Below are positions 9,316-19,679 of a stretch of 52,372 nucleotides of DNA, one piece after another; position 1 is the stretch's first letter, and every line of letters starts with the position of its first letter. Location: IMG/VR virus record IMGVR_UViG_3300020416_000009, positions 1 through 52,372 of that record, one strand, 5' to 3'. The stretch comes from a virus. Its lineage: Duplodnaviria > Caudoviricetes. Made by a program: the position numbers and the translations under genes. The notes beneath the pieces are model-generated. The model had not been told where the DNA came from. It made no database searches and was given only the letters and a program-made list of their open reading frames with translations.

Positions 9316-9509
9316 TTTTTAAGAACCTCTTTCATCATTAGTTTTAATTCTGCAACATCTTCTTTCAGCTGCTTCATCTCGTCTGCTTTGCTCTGTGCTT
9401 CTTGTTGTCTGCGTCTTGCTGCTTCAAGTGCACTACTATCTGTATTTATAATGGCCATGTTGTGGATATCTCTTACCAAGCTGTTATGGCCTTCAATTCC
9501 TACTTTCAT
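9306..9509 (-). CDS. small coiled-coil hypothetical protein
   Basis: LVRD...AIINTD motif followed by a coiled coil; typical neighbour of the VrlC-like gene. Confidence 0.65.
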   Translation of the reverse strand: MKVGIEGHNSLVRDIHNMAIINTDSSALEAARRRQQEAQSKADEMKQLKEDVAELKLMMKEVLKKWQ

Positions 9510-12500
9510 TACGTACCTAATGCAATCACTCTAAAGTCTTTTATTCTTGGAACTTTAGTTGATTGTGTTGACTTCAAACAAACCTTAATCTGGAATGTTG
9601 TAAAGTTTGGATTAATATTATTAATTGTATATTGATAATCTCTGAATACTGTTGTATCATCTGTTGTTGCTACTGCAGAGTCTTGTGTACATAATGTATA
9701 TCCAAGTGTGTTAAAATCTACATCAGAAGATGATTCTTGTGATCTGTAGTAAACTTCAATCTCAGCACCACTTGGTCTGTTTGCTGCAAACATGATTCTT
9801 AGTGCTTGGCTGTTTGTATCTAAGTTGATTTGTCTTGTGATATATTTTGCCAAACCACTTCCACCTGTAGCTGCTGTTTCTGGCAAGAAGTTTTGTACTA
9901 TATTACCTCCTGTACCTGATGCAATAGGCTTATCAACTCTATTGTTGATATTAACAAGTGATACTCTTTCAAGATCAATCATTGGACTTAAGAAATCATT
10001 TGTTGATGCCATGACTAATTGCATTATACCAGATTTATTTCCGCTGTTACTATTAGTTTCATTAATGGCTGATGCTAACATCTGTGGTACATCAAAGAAA
10101 TAGTTTTCATTTGGTATGAATGGCCTGAATGATGTAGGTGTTCCACCGTATGCACTTTCTGATCCGGCAAGTGATTTGCCTTTTAGAAGTTTTATACCAT
10201 AAGATGTGGATGTTCCAGGCAGTACCATTTCTTGTACAATCGGATACATCGAATCAAACATTTTATTTTCAGTTGCGGTTACTCCTATTCCTGCACCTTG
10301 AGCTGCTGAAGTTGCAGCTGATCCTGATACAGTAATTGTGTATCTATCTTGTTCTACATCTGCAATTGTATGGTTTCCATTTAATTGGCCTGTTGTCAAT
10401 CCACCAACTGTTGCGGCTCCTGCAAGAGTTACCGTACTGCCAACTGTCATACCATGGTTTTTATGTTCTACTGTAACTACATTAGATCCACTTGTTGTTA
10501 TGAGAGGTGAACCTTCTAACAGTCTAGCTGGAATTGCTTTATTTTCAAAGATGCTTACATTTGATACACCAGTGTTAAATACCGCTCTTGACACTGTGAA
10601 TTTTAAGTCTTTAGTTTGATCTGCAGACCATGTTGAACCGTTTTGTGATTTAAATAATACACCTGCATAAGGTGTCTTTGAAATTCTTCTTGTAGTTCCT
10701 AGATTAGTTTGTCCAAGTTCTGCTACATAAGCTTCGTATTCTATACTATTGGCCAATAGACATATTGCATATTCAACATTTGGTCTTAGATAGATTGGAC
10801 CAGCAAATGTAAATTCTGTAACGCTACTTCCATCATTTGATATATTAACACCGCTTGCAGATTTTACAACTTCTCCAAGTGGAACAATTTCAGTACTTGG
10901 ATAACCATTTACAACTGTTCGTATTTGAAGTGTAATTGGAATATTAGCATCTTTCTTCTTAAAGAAACAACCTACCTTAGTTATAAATGCCCCTTGTTCA
11001 TTATCGATTAAGAATGTTTGAGCAAGTGGATCAACCCATCCGATTGTCCTTGAGCCAATAACCATTCTTGAAACGTTTGTTTGTGATTCACTCAAAGATT
11101 CTTGTGTAAGTCTTGGTGATCTTAAGCTTACTTCTTGCGTAGTGTTAATTAAACCTCTTGCAATGTATTGAGCCTGACCTGATGAAGTTATATTTGCATC
11201 AACATTATTTGCATCATCTACAAGCTTGAAGTTTCTTTGGCCTGTTCTAAATCTTGTTGTTGCAGTATTTGGAATATAAAATTCTCCAAATAATTCACCA
11301 GCTGCGTCTGTTATAAGATTACCGCTTCCATCCGGATGTGCAGTAGCTGATGCATTTGGCTCAGCATCCCATGAGGTAGCTGCAAACCTTACAAACGCAC
11401 CTGATGTTATTTCTCTACAAAAACTACTTACATCAATATCATCAAAGAATGGAAATAATCTTGTGTTTGGCTTAAATCGAGTTGCATGGAATCTTACTCT
11501 TCGTGACCTGATAAATGGTGCAAAGTTAACATCAACAACTCTTTCACCCATACTTTCTTGTACACTTCCCGGTGCAACTCTTGTTCTTGTACCAGTTCTA
11601 TTCAATCTTGTTGTTGTTGTCTGAATAGTATTTTCAAAAACTCGTCTTCCACTTCTACCTCGGTCTGTGCTAATTTGTCGGCCAGTCCATTGAGTTTGCC
11701 ACTCGTTCCAAACTGTTCCTAAAACACCATCCTCATCTTGAAGTGCATTTACTACATCAAATAATCCTTGGTTATCAACAATAAGTTCTGGTCTTGTGTC
11801 TGTGTCTTTCCATTCATCACTTTCAGGTGTAAGGTCAATATTACCAATCCATGCAAATACATCGTATGGGTTTACATTTTCTACTCCTGATGCAAAAGGC
11901 TGATCGATAATAGTTGTATTAGTATATGGAAGTGTTAGAAAATCTCCAGTTACCTGATAGTTAGATGATAAAGGAGTGTTGATCTCAAACCTTGAAATAC
12001 CTTCATAATATTGCGGTCTGGCTTCACCATTTTCTGCGTCCATTGAAATATGATAATCTGGGTTAGATGGATCACCGATGTTATGACCGTAAAATGGATC
12101 AACTACAAAGCCATTTTTAAATCTATCAACATTGTTTGAGTCAAGAATTTGTTGTTGACCTGCTTCTCTTTCAAGCAGTGATAGTGATGTGAAGTATTCG
12201 AGGTTGTCAATACGATCTTCTAGTTTACCGATGTCTCTCATAGTAAATCGTTTATTGTCAAAATATTCTACTTCAACATCATCTGTGTTAAATGTGTATG
12301 CACCAAGCTTTATGGTATATAGTGTCATACCATCATCTGGATCTCTTGGAGTTGGAGGTGTTTGACTACTTACACCCTTAATCGCCTTGAATTGTCCTTC
12401 TTGATCCAAGAATATCTTGTCTGTTCTTGGTAGATGAAATTGAAAGTCTGCAATAATATTTGAGTTTACTTTTGGAATCTCTAAAGGTAAACTACCAGTT

Positions 12501-14764
12501 CCACTAAATCCTGTTCCAGCATCATTAATTCTTGGTCTGAAATCTAATACATCTCTGAGTTCAACTTTACCGCCTGTTGTAGGTGTAAAGGATGGAATCA
12601 ATGCGTAGTCAACTGCACCATCATATGAGTCTACCGAGAAATAATCACCAGCACCTGCCGAGAAGAATTTAAATGTAATTAGCAATCTTCCTGTAGGTGC
12701 AAGTGCACCAGGTTTACGTGTAATACTACCAAGACCATAGAAGTTATCTCTTTGTCCATTATCAAGTGTAAATCTAGATGTAATATCTGTATCAGATGTT
12801 GTAGCATTTGTACTGAAGTCTGCTGCCATATGAACTGAAGTTAACTCAAAAATATCGGCTTTTCCTAACGATATTGAAGATGCCGTTGCATTACCTGATG
12901 TAGTAATCTGTAATGTTTGACCGCTGTTCAATGTTTTTTGTGATTCTTGTGCAATTGATTTAACTACTGTCGCTATTAACGTAAGTGATGCTGTTCCTGT
13001 AATACCTTGGCTGTTAAGATCTATTGAAATGTTGATGTTATTTGTTCCACTTACTGTAATTGCACTTACAGCATCATATACATCACCTGTTCCTGAATTA
13101 CATAAGTAATAATCGTTTGCAGTTAGTGGTATTTGAAATGATTCATTTGATCCTGCACCAAGTGTATCGGTTGCAACACCACTTGTTGTTGTTAGTGGTA
13201 TTACACGTCTTGCTGTTAGTGTAGTATCAACCGCGTTTGTATCAGTTCTTATTGTCTTTACAGCTTTATTTGGAAGCGGACGTAGTAAGTTATTATTACC
13301 TGTACTAAACATCTGTGCTTTACCGCCGGATTGTACAAAGTCACCGCTAAAGTCACTTGACGTGGAGCCGCCAGTTTTTAAGAATGTTTCTGCATCATCT
13401 ACAAATGTTTTTCCTGAGTTCATCTGTACATCAAAGATGAATAGGTTATATTGTTCTGTTCCTGATCCAGCAGTTCCTGAGAAGAATTCAATTGCTCTTA
13501 CTCTTGCTGTTCCTACAACTGCCGAAGATCCATCAATAAGATTAATTTTTTCAAATTCATTTACATTCGGTAAGTTCATTTGAACACCAGATGTTGGTTG
13601 AATTCTTGTAAAGTTACCAAGTGTAAATGGTGTAATTGAGTTAACTACTTGTTCGGTTTCTCTTGCTTTATCAATCGCAACAAATTTAGCCTGAGTAGTT
13701 TCTATTTCGTATCCTCTTACATATGCTTTACCGGGTTCTAGTCCAATAGCAAGTTTTGATTCAAGACCTCCTCCAGCGGCTGAAAAGATTCCGCGATTAT
13801 TTCCAGTTAATAGATGCTCTCTTACATCAATATTAAATGGTCTTACTGTATAGTTACCAGATTCATCAAATGTTCTTCTTGCAAATGTATCTTCGAGAAC
13901 TGAGTATTCTGTACTTCTGATTTGTTGTTTGATTATACCGTTTTCAACTCTCATAAGTTCGATAAAGGTACTATCGGTTGTTTGAGCAGTCGTAAATTTT
14001 GAAAGTGTTAAATCAATTTTATATCTGTGTGCACCAGGAGCAGCAAAGTTCGGAGATCCTGTAGCGTTATCAACTAATGATGCATCTTCTGTAGTTGTCT
14101 GAAAAACTTCGGTAACATTTAAACCGATTCGATATGAAGGTGTATCTCCATACTTATCAAGTACGAGTGTTTGAGATGTTACAAATGCAAATATTCCATT
14201 TACGTAATAGATACCTGGCTGAATTGAAACTGCAGAACCAAATCCTACATCACTTGCCGAGCTGTTGATTGTTGCTCCTCTTGTTGTACCACTTACACCG
14301 ACACCTTGAACAACTTCACTTGCCGCAAATGTTTTTGTGGTGTTATTTGTTCCTGAGTTTGTGTATTTTACGAATAATGTTAATGCATCACTTCCAGTTG
14401 CTGCTACAGTTCCTACAACTTTTGCTGTTACTCCATTAGTTTGGCCTGTGATAGTAATTCCTTGGAAATCTGTTCTATAACCTTCAACATCTGCCGAGTT
14501 ATGAACTGCGTTAACTTTGATAAATCCATATTCAAGGTCAAGTGCTGTTCCTCCGGGAAGAACCATTGCACCTTCTTCAAATATGTGATCAGCAAAATTT
14601 GTTACTTGTTGCTGCAATGTTGTTTGCAGCTGTGTCATTTCTCTAGCTTGTATTGCTACAGAAGGTCTAAATAATATCCTATAGTATTTTTCTTGAGGTT
14701 TTTTGCCGTCTGCGCCCGTTACTAGAAAATCATCATAGTACGGTGATACATTAAAGTCTGCCAT
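9509..14764 (-). CDS. large virion structural protein, VrlC/DUF4815-like
   Basis: 1751 aa; FNVSPYYDDF, ILFRPSVAIQAREMTQLQ, NFAAPGAHRYKI, DPLAQTF and C-terminal PRIKDFRVIAL motifs. Confidence 0.85.
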   Translation of the reverse strand: MADFNVSPYYDDFLVTGADGKKPQEKYYRILFRPSVAIQAREMTQLQTTLQQQVTNFADHIFEEGAMVLPGGTALDLEYGFIKVNAVHNSADVEGYRTDFQGITITGQTNGVTAKVVGTVAATGSDALTLFVKYTNSGTNNTTKTFAASEVVQGVGVSGTTRGATINSSASDVGFGSAVSIQPGIYYVNGIFAFVTSQTLVLDKYGDTPSYRIGLNVTEVFQTTTEDASLVDNATGSPNFAAPGAHRYKIDLTLSKFTTAQTTDSTFIELMRVENGIIKQQIRSTEYSVLEDTFARRTFDESGNYTVRPFNIDVREHLLTGNNRGIFSAAGGGLESKLAIGLEPGKAYVRGYEIETTQAKFVAIDKARETEQVVNSITPFTLGNFTRIQPTSGVQMNLPNVNEFEKINLIDGSSAVVGTARVRAIEFFSGTAGSGTEQYNLFIFDVQMNSGKTFVDDAETFLKTGGSTSSDFSGDFVQSGGKAQMFSTGNNNLLRPLPNKAVKTIRTDTNAVDTTLTARRVIPLTTTSGVATDTLGAGSNESFQIPLTANDYYLCNSGTGDVYDAVSAITVSGTNNINISIDLNSQGITGTASLTLIATVVKSIAQESQKTLNSGQTLQITTSGNATASSISLGKADIFELTSVHMAADFSTNATTSDTDITSRFTLDNGQRDNFYGLGSITRKPGALAPTGRLLITFKFFSAGAGDYFSVDSYDGAVDYALIPSFTPTTGGKVELRDVLDFRPRINDAGTGFSGTGSLPLEIPKVNSNIIADFQFHLPRTDKIFLDQEGQFKAIKGVSSQTPPTPRDPDDGMTLYTIKLGAYTFNTDDVEVEYFDNKRFTMRDIGKLEDRIDNLEYFTSLSLLEREAGQQQILDSNNVDRFKNGFVVDPFYGHNIGDPSNPDYHISMDAENGEARPQYYEGISRFEINTPLSSNYQVTGDFLTLPYTNTTIIDQPFASGVENVNPYDVFAWIGNIDLTPESDEWKDTDTRPELIVDNQGLFDVVNALQDEDGVLGTVWNEWQTQWTGRQISTDRGRSGRRVFENTIQTTTTRLNRTGTRTRVAPGSVQESMGERVVDVNFAPFIRSRRVRFHATRFKPNTRLFPFFDDIDVSSFCREITSGAFVRFAATSWDAEPNASATAHPDGSGNLITDAAGELFGEFYIPNTATTRFRTGQRNFKLVDDANNVDANITSSGQAQYIARGLINTTQEVSLRSPRLTQESLSESQTNVSRMVIGSRTIGWVDPLAQTFLIDNEQGAFITKVGCFFKKKDANIPITLQIRTVVNGYPSTEIVPLGEVVKSASGVNISNDGSSVTEFTFAGPIYLRPNVEYAICLLANSIEYEAYVAELGQTNLGTTRRISKTPYAGVLFKSQNGSTWSADQTKDLKFTVSRAVFNTGVSNVSIFENKAIPARLLEGSPLITTSGSNVVTVEHKNHGMTVGSTVTLAGAATVGGLTTGQLNGNHTIADVEQDRYTITVSGSAATSAAQGAGIGVTATENKMFDSMYPIVQEMVLPGTSTSYGIKLLKGKSLAGSESAYGGTPTSFRPFIPNENYFFDVPQMLASAINETNSNSGNKSGIMQLVMASTNDFLSPMIDLERVSLVNINNRVDKPIASGTGGNIVQNFLPETAATGGSGLAKYITRQINLDTNSQALRIMFAANRPSGAEIEVYYRSQESSSDVDFNTLGYTLCTQDSAVATTDDTTVFRDYQYTINNINPNFTTFQIKVCLKSTQSTKVPRIKDFRVIALGT

Positions 14765-14774
14765 GTTTTATGTC

Positions 14775-16067
14775 CTAAAATTCAATTACGAGTTTTATAT
14801 CTTCGATTTGTGCCGTTGCTCTACTTACTTTTGCTCTATTTTCTAAATACATAACTTGTCCCGAGTGTTTTTCAATTTCTGGATTGCCTAGTGAACTAAC
14901 GTTAGCCGTTGCTCCACCTGCACCACTGATTGCTTCAGATCCAGTAAATGCTGTAAATCCTGTTGATGCATCTTGGTGATATCTAATAGTTGTACCATCA
15001 ATTGAATCAATATAAGCTACTGCTCCGGATGATCCACCTGTGATTTGCTCATCAATTACAAAAGATCCACTTACCGAAGTTAAAGCCAAAGATTTATTTG
15101 CATTTAGTGTTGTTGCTGTTGCAACACTTGTAGTTCCATGATCAAATGGATTACGTATAATACCAATTTGTCTATAATCATTATCGATAGGAAAGTCACC
15201 TGAACCTTCAGCACCGTCTAGTTTAACGTTTGTCATAACAAAGAAACTAGATAGTTCATTGACAGGATCTGATCCGTGACCGCCTTTTGGCGATATGATT
15301 GGTCGAGCTGCTGCGTTCGATCCACCGCCACCTGAAAATGATACGGTTGCGTTTTCATAGTTACCGCCATTGTTTGATATTGTTACTGCAGTAACTGCTC
15401 CACCTGCGATTGTTGCTGTTGCCGTTGCGCTTGATCCATCACCTGCAATTGTTACTGTAGGAGCCGATGTATATCCACTTCCTCCTGCTGTAACAACAAC
15501 ATGATGTATTGCTCCATTATCAGCATTTGATTGTACCTGAAATTGAAGTGATCCATCATCTGATGATAATGTTTTTGTCGGCATGAACGCAGATGTTAAA
15601 AATTTAGTTGCATCAACACCAGAAAGTGTGAACATATATTTCCATCTATATCCATCACCTTGATCAGCTTCTATATTATTTGTAGTTGTTCCTGTTGGTT
15701 TGTTAACTGATGCACCTGGACCTGCAATGATACATTTATAACATTTTAATTCATCTGTCAAAACATAATATTGACTGGTTGTAAGATCAACTGTGTCATC
15801 ATATCCTATATATGAATTACCAGAAACCCAGTTGTATCGAGTTGATGCGTGTGATAAGTCACCTGAACTCATTTTTTTAGCTGCAATCATTCTCTGATGA
15901 GCTGTTTGAGAATCAAGTACTCTATTTACGGGTGTTGCAATTGCGGTATCTGAGCTCGGCCACTGTTGTGAACGACCTACAAAAAGATACATACTATTAC
16001 TGCCAACGTCTGATATGAAGTTAGCCGCGTTTTGCACCCTTATTTCTTTAGTGACGATGGCTACCAT
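14775..16067 (-). CDS. gp8: baseplate wedge subunit gp8-like
   Basis: YKCI, DGYRWKYMF, PKGGHGSDP, YRQIGIIRNP and EDIKLVIEF motifs; synteny. Confidence 0.85.
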   Translation of the reverse strand: MVAIVTKEIRVQNAANFISDVGSNSMYLFVGRSQQWPSSDTAIATPVNRVLDSQTAHQRMIAAKKMSSGDLSHASTRYNWVSGNSYIGYDDTVDLTTSQYYVLTDELKCYKCIIAGPGASVNKPTGTTTNNIEADQGDGYRWKYMFTLSGVDATKFLTSAFMPTKTLSSDDGSLQFQVQSNADNGAIHHVVVTAGGSGYTSAPTVTIAGDGSSATATATIAGGAVTAVTISNNGGNYENATVSFSGGGGSNAAARPIISPKGGHGSDPVNELSSFFVMTNVKLDGAEGSGDFPIDNDYRQIGIIRNPFDHGTTSVATATTLNANKSLALTSVSGSFVIDEQITGGSSGAVAYIDSIDGTTIRYHQDASTGFTAFTGSEAISGAGGATANVSSLGNPEIEKHSGQVMYLENRAKVSRATAQIEDIKLVIEF

Positions 16068-16089
16068 TTTATTTCCTTTTCCTTCTTGT

Positions 16090-16097
16090 TATTTATA
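16090..16097 (-). promoter_or_regulatory. T4-type late promoter (TATAAATA)
   Basis: Exact TATAAATA 22 nt upstream of the gp8 start. Confidence 0.85.
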
Positions 16098-16102
16098 TAA
16101 GT

Positions 16103-17074
16103 TTACGATATCGTTATCACAGAATCGAAAGATAATTCTATCGCTTCTTGGTTCACAGCTTGTTGAACGGTGAAATTCTTAAAGTCATCTATAACACCAC
16201 CCGGATGATTTGGAGGTGTTACGCTATATGCTGTATTTACCCCAGTTTCATTGTTTGCTCGAGTCTGAGAAACAGTGATTGGAGTTGAATAAGTTTCTGT
16301 TTGTGGCAAGAATTTGTACATGTCTACGTGTAAGAAACTCGATGTCAACGGTGGCTGAGGTGCCACTGTAACATAATCTATATCTACAAGGCAAGATCTT
16401 GCTGGCAATTCAACATCTGCTGATACTACATCAATAATAATATTAAACGCACCAACATCAATTTGTCTACCCGGAGGTGTTCCCATTTTACCTGATGCAT
16501 TTGTAAAAATAACAACTTCACCAAAGAATGCAAAACCCGCAGGATGAAGAAGTTTCTTTACCGCATCATTCCATTGTTCAATTGTTTGACCGGTTTTAAT
16601 TACATATGAAAATGACTGATAATATCTTGAATCTTGAATCTTTTTAAGGTGAGATATTTTACCATCATCACCTGTCCATTTTTGAAATGATTGATCCCAT
16701 TTACCATCAGATGGTTTAAGTATATCTACTCTTGGAAAGTATAGTTCAATATTGTCGTTAAAGATAAGATTAAACAAAGCAACATATGAAGGTTCAGCAC
16801 CTTTAGATAAGTAAATGTCTGTAACGTTTTTATACAATTTAACTTTGTCAGCAACAACATTTTCTGGAATTGATACAGCAAGTTCTCTTTGTAAATACTC
16901 AATAAAGGCTGTTGACACTTGATCAAGATCTCTATATTCCGGAAGAGTATTAAGTATTTTGCCAGCGCCACCATCTTGATCAAGAAAGTTGAAATACGCT
17001 TCAGCGAATGCAACTAACTTTGGATCATTATGCCTGATATGTTCAGGAATTACTGAGTTAATATCATATCGCAT
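16103..17074 (-). CDS. baseplate wedge subunit, gp7-like (short)
   Basis: ILKPSDGKW, IQDSRYYQSFSYVIK and LLHPAGFAFFGEV motifs; lies between gp6 and gp8. Confidence 0.7.
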   Translation of the reverse strand: MRYDINSVIPEHIRHNDPKLVAFAEAYFNFLDQDGGAGKILNTLPEYRDLDQVSTAFIEYLQRELAVSIPENVVADKVKLYKNVTDIYLSKGAEPSYVALFNLIFNDNIELYFPRVDILKPSDGKWDQSFQKWTGDDGKISHLKKIQDSRYYQSFSYVIKTGQTIEQWNDAVKKLLHPAGFAFFGEVVIFTNASGKMGTPPGRQIDVGAFNIIIDVVSADVELPARSCLVDIDYVTVAPQPPLTSSFLHVDMYKFLPQTETYSTPITVSQTRANNETGVNTAYSVTPPNHPGGVIDDFKNFTVQQAVNQEAIELSFDSVITIS

Positions 17075-19227
17075 TAGTAACTACTCCCAGAGCCTCCGTA
17101 GTTAGGCGTTGTTGTATATCCTACACCTGCGATAGCACCACCTGTTGCAACTGTGTCAACTTGTGGTGTAACTACTACGTTATTCATATCAATTTCTACA
17201 AGCTGATTTCTTTGAGGTGCAATATCATTTGAATTTGGTGTTGCAGTAATAGTTATGTATGAGCCAGTTATAGCTTCTGGAAGGAATGAAGTAATTGTAA
17301 CAATACCATTCACTGTATCCACACTTCCAGCGTTCTCTACTGTTATAATTTTTTGATTAGTAGAACTTAATCTAAATATCTGTAGTTGTCTTGCTGTAGA
17401 TGATGTATTTGTTTGGAACAATGTGTATAGTGAACTATCATATGATGTTAGTCCATGATTTGAAAATGTTGACGGCATATAGAATGTTATGCCAGTAAAC
17501 TCTAAGAACGTATGAGTATGGCTATTTCCAATTCCACCATTTACTACATCTGCTGAATTGGCTGCAGCTGCAGTAGTGTAAAGAGGATAAAAATATCCTT
17601 TACTTCCTGCATAGTTTGCGTTTTCTGTGCCATACACCGCATATGGTCCAGTAGATGCACCAGCATCTACAGAAAATGTAGTAATTGGTGTGTCTTGAAA
17701 TTGGTGTAATTGACCATTTAAAGTAAATGTAGTTGAACTAATAATTGATTGTGCTGCACCTATGTTTGTAAAGAATCCATTGTTATAATCTAGTGTATAT
17801 TTCTTTGCAGTACCAAGAGTAGGTGATAATCTCTTTTGAATTCCTACGTTGACTGTAGAGTTTAATATTGATGCATCAGCATTATCTATTTCACCGAGTA
17901 GTTGTGAATGCCTGAACACACCGTCAAACTTCTTAAGGTTAGTATCATTATATGTTTGTATAACACTTCTTACTTTACTTGTTAATTCACCAGATGTTAA
18001 AGAAGTTAAGTTAGGATCATATTTTACGAACACTGTAAGTTTAATGTAAAGATAAACTGGATCTACAATCTCAGGTGTAATTGACACAATGTTCTTAGGT
18101 TTTAAGATTGTGTCTATAATGCTTTGCTTTTCTGATGCACCTAATGTTGTTCCTGTTTTAGGTTTAATTGAGACAAACACTTTACCATATTCAGGTGGAT
18201 CATTTTCTTCACCGCCCCACACTGAAACAGTTTCAGCATTAGCATATTGATTCTTAATTACCGTTTGATAATCATCTGCAGTAACAACTCTATTTTGAGA
18301 TAGATATGAAAGTGGAGCATTAAATCTTATAGATTCAATATCTTCTTTGACTGCACCACCAGATGATTTAGTTACTAGACTTATGCTTGTATTTGTGTTT
18401 CCTTCAATATTACCTTCAAGCGCAAATGCTGTAGCATTATTTGAAGCTGTTCCATCTGTAATTAAATATTCAAATGTAATTACATTTCCAGCTACTAGTT
18501 TTTTACCGAATGAGTTGTCACCAAAATAAATCTCATATTTTCCATCAAGTCCTTCTTGTAAAAAGTAAACTTCTGATGTACCTGATACGTTAACAATATT
18601 AGTTACAAGAGAATAAACAGCATCTGAAGAACTAGCAGCATTTGGTTTTACTTTAACAACTATAGATGATGTATCAACATTCACATCAGGTATTTCATAT
18701 TTTTGTCTTGCATCACTATCGTCAACTGTATATGTAAATGTCTTAAGTTTCCCTTGGCTTATTACTACATTTGAAAATTTATATACACCTGCATCAGGCT
18801 GAATTGTTTGAGCAATTAGATTTACAAAATTAAATTTCTTTCCGTCAATTGTTGAACTGAATGCTGTTCCTCTACTCATTGTTAATGATGAAGGAGTTCC
18901 AGCTGGACTATTAACAGTTACGTCTAATGTTGCAGAAGCGGCTGTTCTTGATCTTGGTACATATCCTAAAGATTTTGCATGACTTACAACATTATTTCTA
19001 ACTTGAGCCGTGTCTAGATAAAGCTCATTTGCTTGAACATTAGCATTAAACGCGTTGTAAAATGTATTATATGATAATACATCAAGCAATGTAGATAGAG
19101 CGCTACCGTCAAAATCATAGTCAGCCAGTGTAGTTTGATTTTGCATATACGTTTTAAGATTTGACCTAATCTGATCAAAATCAAGCTCAGTGACGTTAAG
19201 TCTATTTTTTGAAGATGTTGTGGCCAT
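17074..19227 (-). CDS. gp6: baseplate wedge subunit gp6
   Basis: ELDFDQIRSNL, DYDFDGSALS, QNRVVTADDY and WGGEENDPPEYGKVF motifs. Confidence 0.93.
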   Translation of the reverse strand: MATTSSKNRLNVTELDFDQIRSNLKTYMQNQTTLADYDFDGSALSTLLDVLSYNTFYNAFNANVQANELYLDTAQVRNNVVSHAKSLGYVPRSRTAASATLDVTVNSPAGTPSSLTMSRGTAFSSTIDGKKFNFVNLIAQTIQPDAGVYKFSNVVISQGKLKTFTYTVDDSDARQKYEIPDVNVDTSSIVVKVKPNAASSSDAVYSLVTNIVNVSGTSEVYFLQEGLDGKYEIYFGDNSFGKKLVAGNVITFEYLITDGTASNNATAFALEGNIEGNTNTSISLVTKSSGGAVKEDIESIRFNAPLSYLSQNRVVTADDYQTVIKNQYANAETVSVWGGEENDPPEYGKVFVSIKPKTGTTLGASEKQSIIDTILKPKNIVSITPEIVDPVYLYIKLTVFVKYDPNLTSLTSGELTSKVRSVIQTYNDTNLKKFDGVFRHSQLLGEIDNADASILNSTVNVGIQKRLSPTLGTAKKYTLDYNNGFFTNIGAAQSIISSTTFTLNGQLHQFQDTPITTFSVDAGASTGPYAVYGTENANYAGSKGYFYPLYTTAAAANSADVVNGGIGNSHTHTFLEFTGITFYMPSTFSNHGLTSYDSSLYTLFQTNTSSTARQLQIFRLSSTNQKIITVENAGSVDTVNGIVTITSFLPEAITGSYITITATPNSNDIAPQRNQLVEIDMNNVVVTPQVDTVATGGAIAGVGYTTTPNYGGSGSSY

Positions 19228-19664
19228 TATTTTATTCTCTCTAAGTAAAAGTCAACTTGTTCCTGTTGACCAATTGATATTATGTTAAAAATTATAGCAA
19301 CTCTTACTCTATTTTTGTCTGATTCATCTGTGACTTCAACATCTATAAGATCAACTCTAGGTTCATGGTTTTCTATCGTCATAGTGATTTCATCTTGAAT
19401 ATCTAAAGCAGTCCATACATCTGTTAATTCAAAAAGTAAACCTCTAACACGTGATCCTAAGTTAGGTTGAAATGGTCTTTCATGCAAATCAGTGAAGACC
19501 AGATTTTTAACACTTTGTTTTATGGCATCTATATCTCTTTTAATTGTTATATCACCATTGTTTGGATTAGCAATAAATGATAGATCAAAATCAGAATAGA
19601 GACTCTGTCTAGCTCTGATCCTTGATGTTAATGATGCATCACTTCTTGTTTGTGTTCTTGCCAT
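19227..19664 (-). CDS. gp25: baseplate wedge subunit gp25
   Basis: YSDFDL, AIKQSVKNL, ERPFQPNLGS and IENHEPRV motifs. Confidence 0.93.
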   Translation of the reverse strand: MARTQTRSDASLTSRIRARQSLYSDFDLSFIANPNNGDITIKRDIDAIKQSVKNLVFTDLHERPFQPNLGSRVRGLLFELTDVWTALDIQDEITMTIENHEPRVDLIDVEVTDESDKNRVRVAIIFNIISIGQQEQVDFYLERIK

Positions 19665-19669
19665 ACTAC

Positions 19670-19677
19670 TATTTATA
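19670..19677 (-). promoter_or_regulatory. T4-type late promoter (TATAAATA)
   Basis: Exact motif 5 nt before the gp25 ATG, implying a near-leaderless transcript. Confidence 0.85.
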
Positions 19678-19679
19678 CA

